From assembly GCA_964019425.1 (NCBI GenBank), contig OZ025794.1:496001-560000 (forward strand): DNA of 64,000 bases, read 5' to 3'. Within the stretch, counting starts at the first letter, position 1. Every line of letters starts with the position of its first letter. The translations under genes were made by a program, and so were the position numbers. The notes beneath the pieces are model-generated. The model was not told where the DNA came from. It saw only the letters and a list, made by a program, of their open reading frames with translations, and did not search any database. Positions 1 to 11,519 of this stretch are shown piece by piece. Origin of the DNA: Flectonema sp. DT1601. Lineage: Eukaryota.

Positions 1-292
1 CTACTACTGCACTGGTTCGGTTCAATGTATTGTTTTTTTTCCTGATTTGTGAGTATTTTCAAAGCAGGAGGGGAAAGGGAAAAAAAAAAAAAAAAAAGGA
101 TGCTCCTCTTTTCCCTCATGCCTCCTTTTTCTTTATTCGGTCTCTTTTACGAACGAGTTAAATATTATTAATGCAGTCGTGTAATCTCATTCGTTATCTA
201 ACAGTAAACTATAACACAGATGAGATAAAGTATTTTAAATTTCAATAAACAAGAAGCTATTATCTTTCTTAACAACTTCATTCACTCAGTAG

Positions 293-1759
293 ATGAGTGA
301 CCCGTTCCGATGGCCAAATACTCACCTTCGAGAAGGAAGAATAAATTCAAAAAGAAGACGACTTCGGAACACATGTGACATGGTTGGAGTTGATCGTTAT
401 GGTGGGTTCACAAGAGGATTTGTGAATGGTGAGATGAATTTTTTAACTGGAAAACAGAAATTGTTTGAAGGACAGCAATCAGCTGGTATTTCAATGCAAA
501 CATCAATCCATTTAAAGAGATCTGTTTCACCAGTAAATATGAAAGTCATATCCCCTGCTGCAAGACTGACTACAGTGACTGAAGCAGCAGCACCCACAGC
601 AGAGTATCATTTGGAGAAGTCATTTATCGCAACAAAGCCGACATCAATTAGTTATTCAATACCACAATCACCTAGAGAATCTAAGACTAAATGCATTTCA
701 TCAAATACTAATCGTTTACAAGAAGTAACAGACCATCAGTCTAGCTATTGGACAACGACATCGATGAGTCAGAAATCATCTCCTTTTAGTTTAGCTATTG
801 GTAGATGTGCTCCTCAATTCTTTCAAATTCCTATTGCCGGAAAAGACTCTCTCCGACCTAAACAGTTTTCTGCAAAGGAAGACGACGTCGACTACAAACC
901 AATTCAAACTGAAAAAGAAAGAGAGCCGACTACTTCAGGAATATATTGGAATAGCTTGAGGGATGTTAACAGTGTAGCAGACTATTATGATGTTGCAAAG
1001 ATGTGGGAGAAGGAAGAGCCAAAGGAAACGACTGATACGCCAGCAGGGAGAGTGAGGAAACAAGGACTATCACTAACGGTAAGCCCAAGCACAGCAAAGT
1101 TAAATGGAGGCGGGTCATCTGGTGAGGCGGATGATGGAAGCGGTTGCGTCGCATCCATGTCAAATATACAAACAGAAGTTGAAGCACGAGCTGCAGCGTT
1201 TGCTAAACTCGGTTGGCGTGACACCGCTGCGGGTGATAAAGAAGAACGACTCCGCCGTCGTCGAATTCGTGGCCATGACTTTGCCATTTCTTCTGGAAGA
1301 AGTAGCCCTTTGTTCTTTTCAAATGTTCCAAATCAAACTGACTTACAATACAATTCATGTTCTCATCATCCTTTTATAAATCTAGGCAGCCATGGCAAGG
1401 CTCAATGCTGCCAACCCCTTGGCCGAGTCACAGGAAGACAAAAGCCCATCAACAACTGCGGACTTGATGTCAACCGTCTTCTTTCAAAGTATAAAAATAA
1501 ATATCGAACGTTACCAGAATGTAATTTCGATCTGACCGTCAACAAGGAAGATGATATTGTAATGAACCCATCTTCTCTTACAATAAATATAAACAAGTCT
1601 ATTAGTGAGGTATCATGGGCAGCAGGGCCATCGATGAATATTGGAATGCATACAGGAAGACATGTTGAAACACTTGGAACTTTACAGCAGAGAACGAAAA
1701 TGAAAAAAACTGTTGCTCCTGAATTAAAGTCTTCAGGAGCTTATCAAATATCCCGATGA
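293..1759 (+). CDS. Hypothetical Ser/Thr-rich, probably disordered protein (488 aa)
   Basis: Long ORF on the same strand as all other genes; no recognisable domain. Confidence 0.6.
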   Translation: MSDPFRWPNTHLREGRINSKRRRLRNTCDMVGVDRYGGFTRGFVNGEMNFLTGKQKLFEGQQSAGISMQTSIHLKRSVSPVNMKVISPAARLTTVTEAAAPTAEYHLEKSFIATKPTSISYSIPQSPRESKTKCISSNTNRLQEVTDHQSSYWTTTSMSQKSSPFSLAIGRCAPQFFQIPIAGKDSLRPKQFSAKEDDVDYKPIQTEKEREPTTSGIYWNSLRDVNSVADYYDVAKMWEKEEPKETTDTPAGRVRKQGLSLTVSPSTAKLNGGGSSGEADDGSGCVASMSNIQTEVEARAAAFAKLGWRDTAAGDKEERLRRRRIRGHDFAISSGRSSPLFFSNVPNQTDLQYNSCSHHPFINLGSHGKAQCCQPLGRVTGRQKPINNCGLDVNRLLSKYKNKYRTLPECNFDLTVNKEDDIVMNPSSLTININKSISEVSWAAGPSMNIGMHTGRHVETLGTLQQRTKMKKTVAPELKSSGAYQISR

Positions 1760-1994
1760 GGGATTTCAACCATATTGACCTTATAATTAAGCCCAACTAC
1801 ACTATTATTTTATTCTGATTACTCTCATCCAAAAGGTGGGAAAACCGTTTTGTTATTTGTTAGCAGAGCAGAAGTCTGAAATTACTTTCAAGGCGGGCTG
1901 CTCGCTAACACAAAATAAATAACTACTACTTCACTATGTCACTGTGATAAACTGTTTTTTTCTCTTAATTATCAGGCTCTGAATACACAAAAAC

Positions 1995-2660
1995 ATGGCC
2001 GAAGAGGACCAAACCGAACTCCTTTACAAGGTATTGGTTGTTGGGGATGTTGGAGTGGGTAAAACAAGTCTCGTAAAACAATACGCTCATGGTATTTGGG
2101 CTCCAAATTATAAAGCAACTCTGGGAGTAGATTTCAGCTTGAAAGAGATATTTGACGTCGGTCTCAACACAACCATCAGAGTACAGCTGTGGGATATTGC
2201 TGGACAAGAACGATACAAAAACCTTACTAGAGTCTACTACAACAAAGCAGTGGCGGCTGTAGTAGTATTCGATGCCTCAAACCCAGCAAGCTTAGCCGGG
2301 GCTGTTGAATGGCTGCATGATCTTGAGCACAAAGTAGTCTTACCAGATGACACTTCTATCCCTTGCGTATTAATGGCTAACAAGATTGACTTGTCAAATG
2401 CTGTCTCAAGAACCGCCTCTGAAGCCCAACGGCTATGTGAAAAACACGGTTTTAAAAGCTACTTCGAGGTGTCGGCAAAAACAGGAAAAAATGTCGACAA
2501 AAGTATGAACTGGTTAGTTCAATATGTGTACAATCATAATCTTGCTGCTGGAACTAAAAATCCAGAAAATCAACCGAGTCTAGCTGAACGAGGGATATTA
2601 TCCACGTCGCGTGATGCCATCCCACAAAAGAATAGACGCAAAGATTCCGGCTGCTGTTAA
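1995..2660 (+). CDS. RAB32: Rab32/Rab38-family small GTPase
   Basis: GDVGVGKTS P-loop, YKATLGVDF, subfamily-diagnostic WDIAGQE, NKID, SAK and C-terminal CC prenylation motif. Confidence 0.9.
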   Translation: MAEEDQTELLYKVLVVGDVGVGKTSLVKQYAHGIWAPNYKATLGVDFSLKEIFDVGLNTTIRVQLWDIAGQERYKNLTRVYYNKAVAAVVVFDASNPASLAGAVEWLHDLEHKVVLPDDTSIPCVLMANKIDLSNAVSRTASEAQRLCEKHGFKSYFEVSAKTGKNVDKSMNWLVQYVYNHNLAAGTKNPENQPSLAERGILSTSRDAIPQKNRRKDSGCC

Positions 2661-3274
2661 GTTTCTTCAAAAGCAACTACAGAATGTGTCGTATCTCCGC
2701 TCCTATTGTATGGACAGTAACCAGCATGCCTACTACTGCATGTAAGGCATTTCTATGCCGGAAAAAAAAACACCGACAATGAAGAAAATGAAATTAACAG
2801 TTTTCTAGGATGGTATGAAGTGTAAATCTATTTTTGTAAAAAAAACTGAGTTACTTTCTGACGGGTGTCGTTAAACTTAAGCTGGGCTTGGTATTAAAAA
2901 AAAAAAAAATTAAAAAAAAAACAAAAAAACTGTACTTATCGTTTAGTTGCGCCGCGTGTCGTGATCGTTTCCTGTTGTGAAAGCCACTCGTGTGGAGTAG
3001 GAAAGGAAGGAGGAAAAAAAAAAAAAAAATAAAGTTAGACCACAGCACACGAAAAAATCACCCATTTTCTCAGCAGGGTGAATGTTAATGGTGTGACTTA
3101 TTAGTTTATTATGTTGACAATTAGATGTAAATTAGCACGTCCATTATTTGTTTTTTTTTCTTTTTCCACAGGGAAATTATCTATAAAAAGAGAACATTTC
3201 AAATTATTTTTTTAAAATTCTTATTAAGCTCTTTGTTATAAATAAATTATTCACCCAGTTCTCCACAAGAAGAG

Positions 3275-5242
3275 ATGTCCCTCTTTGTTGATATTTTTAT
3301 TGTAATCATAGCAGCTGCACTTCCGTTCCTCAGCTCTATACAAGGTGAATTCGTTCTCGATGATGACAGAGCGCTAAGAGATAACTTAGACGTTAACTGG
3401 AATACTCCCGTCATTGAATTATTTAAAAATGATTTTTGGGGAACACCTCTGCACACTAACGCAAGCCATAAGAGTTGGAGGCCTATAACGGTTTTGTCAT
3501 TTAAGCTAACCAACTGGGCTTTTGGAATGTGGACACCGGCATACCATGCAGGAAATATACTATTTCATTGTATTGCTTGTGTAACATTGCTTTGTTTTAT
3601 CAACAACCACCTCTCTGTTTATATAGGACGCACCGGGCGGTTAGTTGCTGCAATCATATTTGCTGTACATCCGGCACATGTTGAAAATGTGGCTAGCATT
3701 GTAGGCAGGGCTGATGTACTTTGTTTTATTTTTATGTATTTGGGAATTCATTTTTTTGTTGTTGGAAGGCAAATGATGTTTTTATTTTGTTATGTTCTTT
3801 CAATAATGAGTAAAGAACTTGGGATATTGACACCGATATTATGTTTGGGATATGAACTCGTCGTGAAGTATAAAATAATAAGATTATTAAAAAATAAAAT
3901 TGACAACAATCCTTTTCCACTACTAAAATCGACTTATTTAATAATTCTCTTCGCCATTGTAGTTGTCGGATCACGAGTCATTAGAGGACATCGTTCATCA
4001 CCAAAAATGTCATTCGTCGATAATCCCATAATCCTAGACAACTCTGCATCTCTTTTAACAAAATTTTATTATTACCTATTCGTCCACTCATGGTATTTCA
4101 TTACGTTAGTGTTCCCTTACTACAGTTGCTCTGATTGGGGTTTTAATGTCTTTCCTGGAAAGTCTGCTGAGACATGGCTTGCTCCTGCCTGCTCCATACT
4201 AATTACCTACGTTACGGTAATTATAATTCCTATTGTGATGTGTATAAGAAATACACATGCTGAGAGTAAAGAGTTTGCAGTCATTTGCTCATGTTTGGTT
4301 ATTGTTCCGTTTTTACCGGCATCTGGTATTATTCCTGTCGGGACTGTTTTAGCAGAAAGACTGTTGTATATTCCTAGTGTTGGTTTTGCTTTGGTTGTTG
4401 GAAAATTTTTTGAAAATTTTTTATTAAAAACTGAAACTACCACCGCAGTCATTAGCAAGAAGAAGAAATCTGAAATAACAAAAACAACAACCAGCGTGAG
4501 ATACTCAGTCGTTGGTATTCTATTTCTGGTTATATTATTACTCTCATTTAGAACATGGAACAGAAGTGACGACTGGAACACTCCGGAGAAACTATTTAAA
4601 AGTACCATCGAATCATGTCCAGCTTCTGCAAAGGCTCAATTTAGTTTGGGTGTTGTGTTCATGCAGAGGGATGATCCAAAGTCAGCACTGCCATTTTTTG
4701 AAAATAGTCTTAAGATTCATCCAACATACGCTGAGTCACTTGTAGCCCTTGGAAGAATTCAAAGAGATTATAAAGGAAATGTTTCTTTGAGTGTTTCATA
4801 CTTTCAAAGGGCGCTTGAATCTGAAAAATCTAATCCGGAGGCACATGAGCATTTAGGAATATCCATGTCGATGGCGGGACAACCAGAACAAGGAATCAAA
4901 CTGCTAGAACGCGCTATACGAATTAATAAAAACCTCCGTCTTCCTCCTTCGGGTGAGGTTTACGGTAACTACGGCACTGCTTTGGGAATGGCAAAACGAT
5001 TTGAAGATAGTGCTGCGGCATACGCGGAAGCACTTTCTAGACCTGGATCTCCGTCGCAGAAATGCTCCTGGAGAAGGAATTATGTTATTATTCTAAAGTC
5101 AATCCCAAAAGTGGATCAGAGAGTTATACTCCTCCAACTTCAACAAATGATAAATAACTGTAAGGCATTCATTGATAAGCCTGAGATTGCTGGATACATC
5201 AAATCTGCTTCTGAATTGGAAGCCAAGCTTCGATCAGCATAA
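3275..5242 (+). CDS. TMTC-family protein O-mannosyltransferase (multi-TM DUF1736 region plus C-terminal TPRs)
   Basis: FVLDDD, NDFWG...SHKSWRP, FAVHPAHVENVASIVGRAD and LAERLLYIPSVG motifs, followed by TPR-like repeats. Confidence 0.9.
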   Translation: MSLFVDIFIVIIAAALPFLSSIQGEFVLDDDRALRDNLDVNWNTPVIELFKNDFWGTPLHTNASHKSWRPITVLSFKLTNWAFGMWTPAYHAGNILFHCIACVTLLCFINNHLSVYIGRTGRLVAAIIFAVHPAHVENVASIVGRADVLCFIFMYLGIHFFVVGRQMMFLFCYVLSIMSKELGILTPILCLGYELVVKYKIIRLLKNKIDNNPFPLLKSTYLIILFAIVVVGSRVIRGHRSSPKMSFVDNPIILDNSASLLTKFYYYLFVHSWYFITLVFPYYSCSDWGFNVFPGKSAETWLAPACSILITYVTVIIIPIVMCIRNTHAESKEFAVICSCLVIVPFLPASGIIPVGTVLAERLLYIPSVGFALVVGKFFENFLLKTETTTAVISKKKKSEITKTTTSVRYSVVGILFLVILLLSFRTWNRSDDWNTPEKLFKSTIESCPASAKAQFSLGVVFMQRDDPKSALPFFENSLKIHPTYAESLVALGRIQRDYKGNVSLSVSYFQRALESEKSNPEAHEHLGISMSMAGQPEQGIKLLERAIRINKNLRLPPSGEVYGNYGTALGMAKRFEDSAAAYAEALSRPGSPSQKCSWRRNYVIILKSIPKVDQRVILLQLQQMINNCKAFIDKPEIAGYIKSASELEAKLRSA

Positions 5243-5440
5243 ACCGATTTCTATGAACTTTACTATTCGTTGGACTTCAGTTTGACAATATTTACCATCT
5301 TATGAAGTGACAGGTTTATACACATATGGTATGATAGTGATGGTTGTGCTTTTTTTTTTTTTTTAATTAAACTGTTTTTTTTCCCCTTCTTTTTTAATAC
5401 TTTTTTCTCAAAGTCAGTTGATCTATAAAACTATTATAAT

Positions 5441-5800
5441 ATGATAACAACGAGTGGGAAACCTTCGCGAAACAAACATCGAAGTCACAGCAAAACCAGA
5501 GCAACAGCAGCAGCTAAGAGCGTGGATTCTCCAGTCAGCATTACGCCAACTGAAGAAATAAAATTTCCGAAAAGTCTCATCCATCCTAGTTTTGTGTATG
5601 AGCTTCCTCGTATAACCTCAACGACGGAGGAGAGTTTGTACCTGACTGAAAAGGTCTTTCCGTCTCTGATTCCCTCTCTTGAATGCCTTCTTGAGTTCGT
5701 TAATAACCCGAAGGAGGAGGCTCCAGTTGATTTGAATCCAATAAAATGGTTAGCTGAAGATCTCAAAAAGAGAAGCATTTCTAATAAAGTAAACAGATGA
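5441..5800 (+). CDS. Small protein with a Dpy-30/RIIa-like dimerisation-docking motif
   Basis: YLTEKVFPSLIPSLECLL...NPIKWLAEDL pattern. Confidence 0.6.
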   Translation: MITTSGKPSRNKHRSHSKTRATAAAKSVDSPVSITPTEEIKFPKSLIHPSFVYELPRITSTTEESLYLTEKVFPSLIPSLECLLEFVNNPKEEAPVDLNPIKWLAEDLKKRSISNKVNR

Positions 5801-6080
5801 GCTTTTATCACATTAAGAGTTTGGTAAAAGTTATTATTATTCGACAGTCTCGTGTCATGAAGATGAATGGTTTTTTTCCAATTCATTGATGGCATTCTAA
5901 TTAGTCACAGTTACACCTTCCCTATCCCACGACCCCATTCGAACTTTAATCGATAACGTTATTGTGTTGGATTGGTTTGGTTTTTAAACTCATTTTCAAC
6001 TCCCCATCAGATGAAATTAATTCATTTTTAACATATATTTTTATTTTATTATACTAAGCAATGAGCATGACTATTAAGTG

Positions 6081-7280
6081 ATGCATTTAAATCGTGTTTT
6101 GTGCTTCAGGGTTGTTGGATATGTGACTACCCTGAGTGATGTCCGAAATGACAACGATCTCAGTAAGTTTATTCGTCAAAACATGAAAGCTGGAAAACCA
6201 AAAGGACGAACATTAACAAAAGGAATCGACAAATACTGTTCTAAAGTCTATGAAATAATTTCTAATATTGAATCAGAAAAAGGAATTAGAGGAGTTAAAA
6301 GCCTGGAAGCAGGCTTAGAGGTTTGTGCCAGAATGGGGACAACAAGGTGGAGCAATATGTTATTTCAGAAATTCACAGAGTGGGACATTCCTCCATCAAG
6401 AGCTGCTTATCTCAATGCGATCCTACCACACGCAGTCATTGGTGATGTTGAGTCAGTAAGTCGTTTAATAAAGGAGTACCTTTTAGCAAATGGAAAAGAA
6501 ACTTTGATGGACCCTGAATTTTACAATTTATTACTCCGATCTCTTTCAACTTCTGCAACACCTATCCACCACAGCCTAGAAATATTAAACAGAATGTCAA
6601 CACTCGGTATCAGTTCTGTTAATTGTTATTGTGTTGTGCTTGATCAGGTTCAAACTAAACAACAGTTGACGACCGTCGTTGGGATGATGGGAAAATTTCG
6701 TAAAATTAATTCTGACAGCACAGTGTTGACACGTTCGTTTATAAAAGCTTATTCAAATATCGGATTATCTCATAGAATAATGAAAGTAATAACAGTTTTA
6801 ATTGGTAATACCCAACCAGTACCACTGACGTATTGGCACAGGTTAATGGAAAGTTATGTTAACTGCGAAAAGCTGAATCCTTCAGATGTTGAGGAAAAGA
6901 TTATTGATGCCTGGAAAAGGATGACCGTCTCGACTTATCCAGTTCCGGCAACGTATACAATCTTGTTGAGATTTCTCCGATCACGAGTTTCTAGTCGGGA
7001 TGATAAATTTATAATAACCGCTGAAAACACTTTCAATCACGGATGCTCTCTAAACCTCCATCTCAAAGATACTGCATTGTGGGAAGGCTTACTTCTTTGT
7101 TACCTTGCTGTTTCCGATGTTCAAAAAATTGCAGCTCTTTTATCATTATGCTCCAGAGAGCTGCGTTGGTCAATGAAAAGCACAACTGTTATTGCTGTTC
7201 GTGTTAAGTATCCAGAGCTATCTCTGTTTTTTAAACAACCAAGAAAACCAAAGACTCCCAAAACAACTCAAATTGAGTAA
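6081..7280 (+). CDS. Helical-repeat (PPR-like) protein, possibly organellar
   Basis: ATG at 6081; segments resembling PPR repeats (AYLNAI, FYNLLLRSLS, TYTILLRFL); family assignment is weak. Confidence 0.5.
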   Translation: MHLNRVLCFRVVGYVTTLSDVRNDNDLSKFIRQNMKAGKPKGRTLTKGIDKYCSKVYEIISNIESEKGIRGVKSLEAGLEVCARMGTTRWSNMLFQKFTEWDIPPSRAAYLNAILPHAVIGDVESVSRLIKEYLLANGKETLMDPEFYNLLLRSLSTSATPIHHSLEILNRMSTLGISSVNCYCVVLDQVQTKQQLTTVVGMMGKFRKINSDSTVLTRSFIKAYSNIGLSHRIMKVITVLIGNTQPVPLTYWHRLMESYVNCEKLNPSDVEEKIIDAWKRMTVSTYPVPATYTILLRFLRSRVSSRDDKFIITAENTFNHGCSLNLHLKDTALWEGLLLCYLAVSDVQKIAALLSLCSRELRWSMKSTTVIAVRVKYPELSLFFKQPRKPKTPKTTQIE

Positions 7281-7388
7281 TTATTTTATTACATTGTTCG
7301 GTCCTTAGAGGCAAGCACAGCCACGGTTTCCTTCCCCAGAAAAGGTAAACTAATATCACATTTATTCAACAGTTATGTCTACTCATGT

Positions 7389-9512
7389 ATGTTGAGCGGC
7401 TTAGTGTGTGTGGTTTGTGGAAGGGACGATAGGATTGGAGAGCTTCGGAGGAGCGGTTTTAAGTGTACGCCATGCATCGGTACATCTCATAAAAAGGGAA
7501 AACGATCCAAGGGGGATACAATAAAGAAGATCAATACTGATATTCCTCTGGTTGTTGGACGAGATAAATTACTGAGTCCATCAAGGAGGAAGAATGGGGG
7601 AGGAAGTGAATTGTGTTCACCTTCACCAAGGAGGAAGAATGGCGGAGGAAGTGAATTGTGTTCACCTTCACCAAGGAGGAAGAATGGCGGAGGAAGTGAA
7701 TTGTGTTCACCTTCACCATCAGCCGTAACGGATGGTTCATCTCCACAAAACATCGTCCTTCAAATGGGACTTGATGAAGTTCGTTCAAAGCGTAAGGAAC
7801 TTGAAATACGAGGTGAGACTCTGAAGGAAACCACTGCTCGTCTTTATAATCCGAAATCCCTCCCTGAAGAACCTGAAATAACAAAAAAACCAGTTGACAA
7901 CATTGAATGGAATATGAAATATTCACTTCACTCTCGCAGTCAAGTACGAACAACGTCTCGTCGAACATCTCTGTCTGCACCTCCATGTACGAGGTCAAGT
8001 GAATCTGAGAGAGTCCCCATCGTTAAATGTCGTCGTCGTGAATATGTAAGTCCCATTCCTGTGAAACCAACGCGCCAGAAACCGTTGTTGCTGATTATAA
8101 GTTTTGATTCTTTGGCTGAATACTTTTCAGAAATTGTGAGTCCGTTTCGTGATCCTGAACGGGAAATACCAGTAGTTGACACTCCTCCTCTAAAGGGACC
8201 GCATTCGTCTTTTGCTCCGGTTCCGTTTCCAGTTGGACCGGATGTAAATAATTTTAGATCTTTCTCACCCAATCAACGAGTTCAATCTGAAGAAATGTCA
8301 TTTTCACCTGAAAGGGAACGAATGAAGTTATTCAAATCAGTAAGCACTGACCAAGAAGTTTCATTGTTAAAGGGCAAACATCGACGACGATCATTATCAA
8401 GACAACGACCACACTCATCATCACGTACGAAAAGTAATGATTCTGATAAACTAGAAACTCTATCAAGATCTAGACAAGGGGGATCCTCATTTAAAATATC
8501 AACTAGTGAATCCTTATCACCTTTAGCTAACCATCACTCACCTATTCGAACTACAACAGACAATCAACTTACTCAACAACAACGTCATTTAGATACTTTA
8601 GATTCGAAACTTCAATCAATGAAATTATTAAAACCTATTCGGGATTTATTAATATCAATATCAGATCAATATGATGTACAAATAATACTCTTGAGTGGAA
8701 CTACTAAAAGTAAAGACATTCCACTACTGTTTAGTACAACGGAAATAGTTGGAAGGGAACTTGGAGGTGGGGCAAAAGGAGTTTCTATTGCGAGACTCAT
8801 TAATAGAAACTCATCGTTGAAAAGGAAAAAACATCGCAAAGATACGAATGTAGTTTTTGTTGGAAGAAAAGAAGAGCTCGGGAGTGGATACGATTTCATT
8901 GAAAAATTAGTGTCACCCGGATGTTGGCACGTCATCTCTGATGATAACATTTTGAACTTAGTTTTAAAAATTAGAAATAAAATAACATCAATTTCGGGAA
9001 ATCATTTAACACAAAACCAGTTTGCCAACATGTCGTTGAGACAACTGGCTGGATCGGAACCAATGTGGCCTGGAGTTGTATACTCCAGCGGGTATCGAAC
9101 TGTTGATGCACCAGCAGCGTTATTACCTCCTAGTTTAGAATTATCTACTTGTAGGTCACCTGTTGTAAGGAGTGTTCCATTACCAGTATTTGGATTGCCA
9201 GTGAGGTCAGAATGTAGAAGTCAGTTTCTCTCTCACAATCCTCTAAATCCATTTGATAATTTGAGTCGCGATGATGATTCAGATTCTGATGTCAGTTCTG
9301 TTTCATCAGCTGCTTCAAAGACATGTCCATTAGCATCTCGTCACCGTCGAGCTCACAGTGCTACCGGACCAAATCTAACCCGTGGTTGGTATATTACTAT
9401 TCCATATCAACGAGTAGTTTCGAAGACTTCAGCCACAGTAGATAAATCACCAATGGGATTTAATTATGTTTCTGAAGGGGCGATACCAGGTCAGATTGTT
9501 TCTCGTAATTAA
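7389..9512 (+). CDS. Hypothetical Ser/Arg/Pro-rich protein with an N-terminal CxxC..CxxC motif
   Basis: 707-aa ORF; CVVC...CTPC near the N-terminus; internal 15-aa triple repeat. Confidence 0.65.
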   Translation: MLSGLVCVVCGRDDRIGELRRSGFKCTPCIGTSHKKGKRSKGDTIKKINTDIPLVVGRDKLLSPSRRKNGGGSELCSPSPRRKNGGGSELCSPSPRRKNGGGSELCSPSPSAVTDGSSPQNIVLQMGLDEVRSKRKELEIRGETLKETTARLYNPKSLPEEPEITKKPVDNIEWNMKYSLHSRSQVRTTSRRTSLSAPPCTRSSESERVPIVKCRRREYVSPIPVKPTRQKPLLLIISFDSLAEYFSEIVSPFRDPEREIPVVDTPPLKGPHSSFAPVPFPVGPDVNNFRSFSPNQRVQSEEMSFSPERERMKLFKSVSTDQEVSLLKGKHRRRSLSRQRPHSSSRTKSNDSDKLETLSRSRQGGSSFKISTSESLSPLANHHSPIRTTTDNQLTQQQRHLDTLDSKLQSMKLLKPIRDLLISISDQYDVQIILLSGTTKSKDIPLLFSTTEIVGRELGGGAKGVSIARLINRNSSLKRKKHRKDTNVVFVGRKEELGSGYDFIEKLVSPGCWHVISDDNILNLVLKIRNKITSISGNHLTQNQFANMSLRQLAGSEPMWPGVVYSSGYRTVDAPAALLPPSLELSTCRSPVVRSVPLPVFGLPVRSECRSQFLSHNPLNPFDNLSRDDDSDSDVSSVSSAASKTCPLASRHRRAHSATGPNLTRGWYITIPYQRVVSKTSATVDKSPMGFNYVSEGAIPGQIVSRN
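7584..7718 (+). repeat. Coding tandem repeat, 3 x 45 bp (RRKNGGGSELCSPSP)
   Basis: Units start at 7584, 7629 and 7674 and are near-identical. Confidence 0.95.
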
Positions 9513-9769
9513 GGTTTGAATTACAATACTATTATCGACAACCTTTCCACGTGACTTCTTTACAGATGTACATTTGGTGGAATGTTTATTATTTTTTAAA
9601 AAAAAACGATTGTAAACAGTGTTTTTAATTGTTATTTTTCTCTTCACAGAAGCTGTAATTAAATATTTCATCATATCGCACACCACAATAAAGAAACACT
9701 TGTTCTATTTTTATCAACACATTATTTCTCCAAAAAGTAGGAACGTCAAAACCAATATAAATATAAATT

Positions 9770-10198
9770 ATGTCATATCTACTTCCCCATCTTAAGAGTG
9801 GTTGGGCAGTAGACCAAGCAATATTAGCTGAGGATGAAAAGGTTGTAGTGATGAGATTTGGTCATGATTGGGATTCTGATTGCGCAGAAATGGATGAAGT
9901 CCTCGCCAAGACAAGTGAAAAGTTAAAAAACATGGCAATGTTTTACCTGGTGGATATTTCAGACGTTCCTGACTTTAATAAAATGTACGAATTGTATGAC
10001 ACGGTTACTGTTATGTTCTTCTATCGCAACAAACATATTCTCGTTGATCTCGGAACTGGAAACAACAACAAAATAAATTGGCCACTAAAATCATCACAAG
10101 AATTTATCGACATAGTCGAAACAGTTTATAGAGGTGCTCGCAAAGGAAAAGGTCTCGTCGCATCTCCAAAAGACTACTCAACAAAATACAACTATTAG
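9770..10198 (+). CDS. DIM1: U5 snRNP thioredoxin-like protein DIM1/TXNL4A
   Basis: MSYLLPHL..GWAVDQAI, RFGHDWD, VPDFNKMYELYD, DLGTGNNNKINW, SPKDYSTKY. Confidence 0.97.
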   Translation: MSYLLPHLKSGWAVDQAILAEDEKVVVMRFGHDWDSDCAEMDEVLAKTSEKLKNMAMFYLVDISDVPDFNKMYELYDTVTVMFFYRNKHILVDLGTGNNNKINWPLKSSQEFIDIVETVYRGARKGKGLVASPKDYSTKYNY

Positions 10199-10673
10199 TC
10201 AAGGCTCCGTCATCTTAATCACTTTATCACGTGGGTATTCGGCCACGTTTATCAGTTTTGTTTTGTTTAATTTCTTTCTTTCTTTCTTTTTGTTGCACTT
10301 TAGCATGTATTGGCTTAAAAAAAAATGTTAGCAGCATACGTAAACCTCCTTTAGCTTTCTTCAGTTTAAGTCGGTTCACGGGTTTCGCTCATGAACAAGA
10401 AACATCAGCACGTGTTTTATTGCGAATTTCTGCATATTATTATTAATATATATTTTTTTTTTTTGCGAAAATGTCAATAAATTTAGTGTTGGTCAATTCA
10501 TTCACAATTTATTATTATTCACAGAAGGGAGGATGTTGTGAGATCGTTAGGCTTTACCACCGACCCAAGAATAATTCTTCACTTTATGTGATCACGTTTG
10601 AACAGGAACTTTCTATCTTGTGAACTGTATTTAATTAATTCTCATCCATTACTCTCCAGGTACCCACCGGCGG

Positions 10674-11519
10674 ATGAGGCTGTGTAAAGATGAATTATGC
10701 TCTATATTTCAATGTCTACAATTCAGTGATATCCTCGAATTCAGACTGAGCTGCGTCGTTTTCCACGAGACAAGCACCCGAACAGGGGTGTGGAGACAAT
10801 ACGTAAAGGGAACTCTTGCTACACAACGAAAACTAATAAAAGAAGGAAAGATTGACGAAGCTGAAAGTGTGATGCAAGATGCCATATCTTCGATGAAAAG
10901 TTGTAGGGTAGATGACTACTGGTGTAAAGCTAAAATGCATCTAGCAGAGTCGTGGGTCATCCATTGTAAGCATTGGAAATTAGAATACTGTCCAATGAGT
11001 CTTGGGTATCGAGCATACGCTGCTGCAAAGAAATCACTTGGAGTTGGGATTACTCAAAGTACTGAAGATCGTTTTTGGGGATTAATTTTATTAGCATGGA
11101 ATGGAGCCAGACATACTATGAAGATAGCAGGCGTGAGACGGGAAATGTTTGAGGAGTTCTTAGACGCATCTCGTGAGGCGCAATCTTTCACAAATCCGAT
11201 GTTTAAAGCCCTCGGAATGTTCACAGAAGGTTATGTTAATTTTGCAATTGGATTTTCTGGAAATAGTTCTGCTTTTGAATCAGCCTTCGCACTTCAAAAA
11301 GAAGGATTTCGATGTTGGATGTTATCACGTGCTGACTTAGATCCTGACGAAACTACAATTGAAATGATGGAGCGTCTTGCTAGAACATCGTTATTTATAG
11401 CACCTGCTAATGCTTTAAGTACATACACTACAGCATTAGATACTGCTCGTGTTGTTTTAAAGAGTCCTTATCATCCTTTACTTATATCAATTGAGAGGTC
11501 GATTGCTGCTTGTCCGTAG
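10674..11519 (+). CDS. Protein with an F-box-like N-terminus and a helical/TPR-like C-terminus
   Basis: LCKDELCSIFQCLQFSDILEFRLSCVVF...VW pattern. Confidence 0.5.
   Translation: MRLCKDELCSIFQCLQFSDILEFRLSCVVFHETSTRTGVWRQYVKGTLATQRKLIKEGKIDEAESVMQDAISSMKSCRVDDYWCKAKMHLAESWVIHCKHWKLEYCPMSLGYRAYAAAKKSLGVGITQSTEDRFWGLILLAWNGARHTMKIAGVRREMFEEFLDASREAQSFTNPMFKALGMFTEGYVNFAIGFSGNSSAFESAFALQKEGFRCWMLSRADLDPDETTIEMMERLARTSLFIAPANALSTYTTALDTARVVLKSPYHPLLISIERSIAACP

Noticed and set aside
7584..7718. CRISPR-like repeat
   Set aside because: Head-to-tail in-frame coding repeats with no spacers and no cas genes
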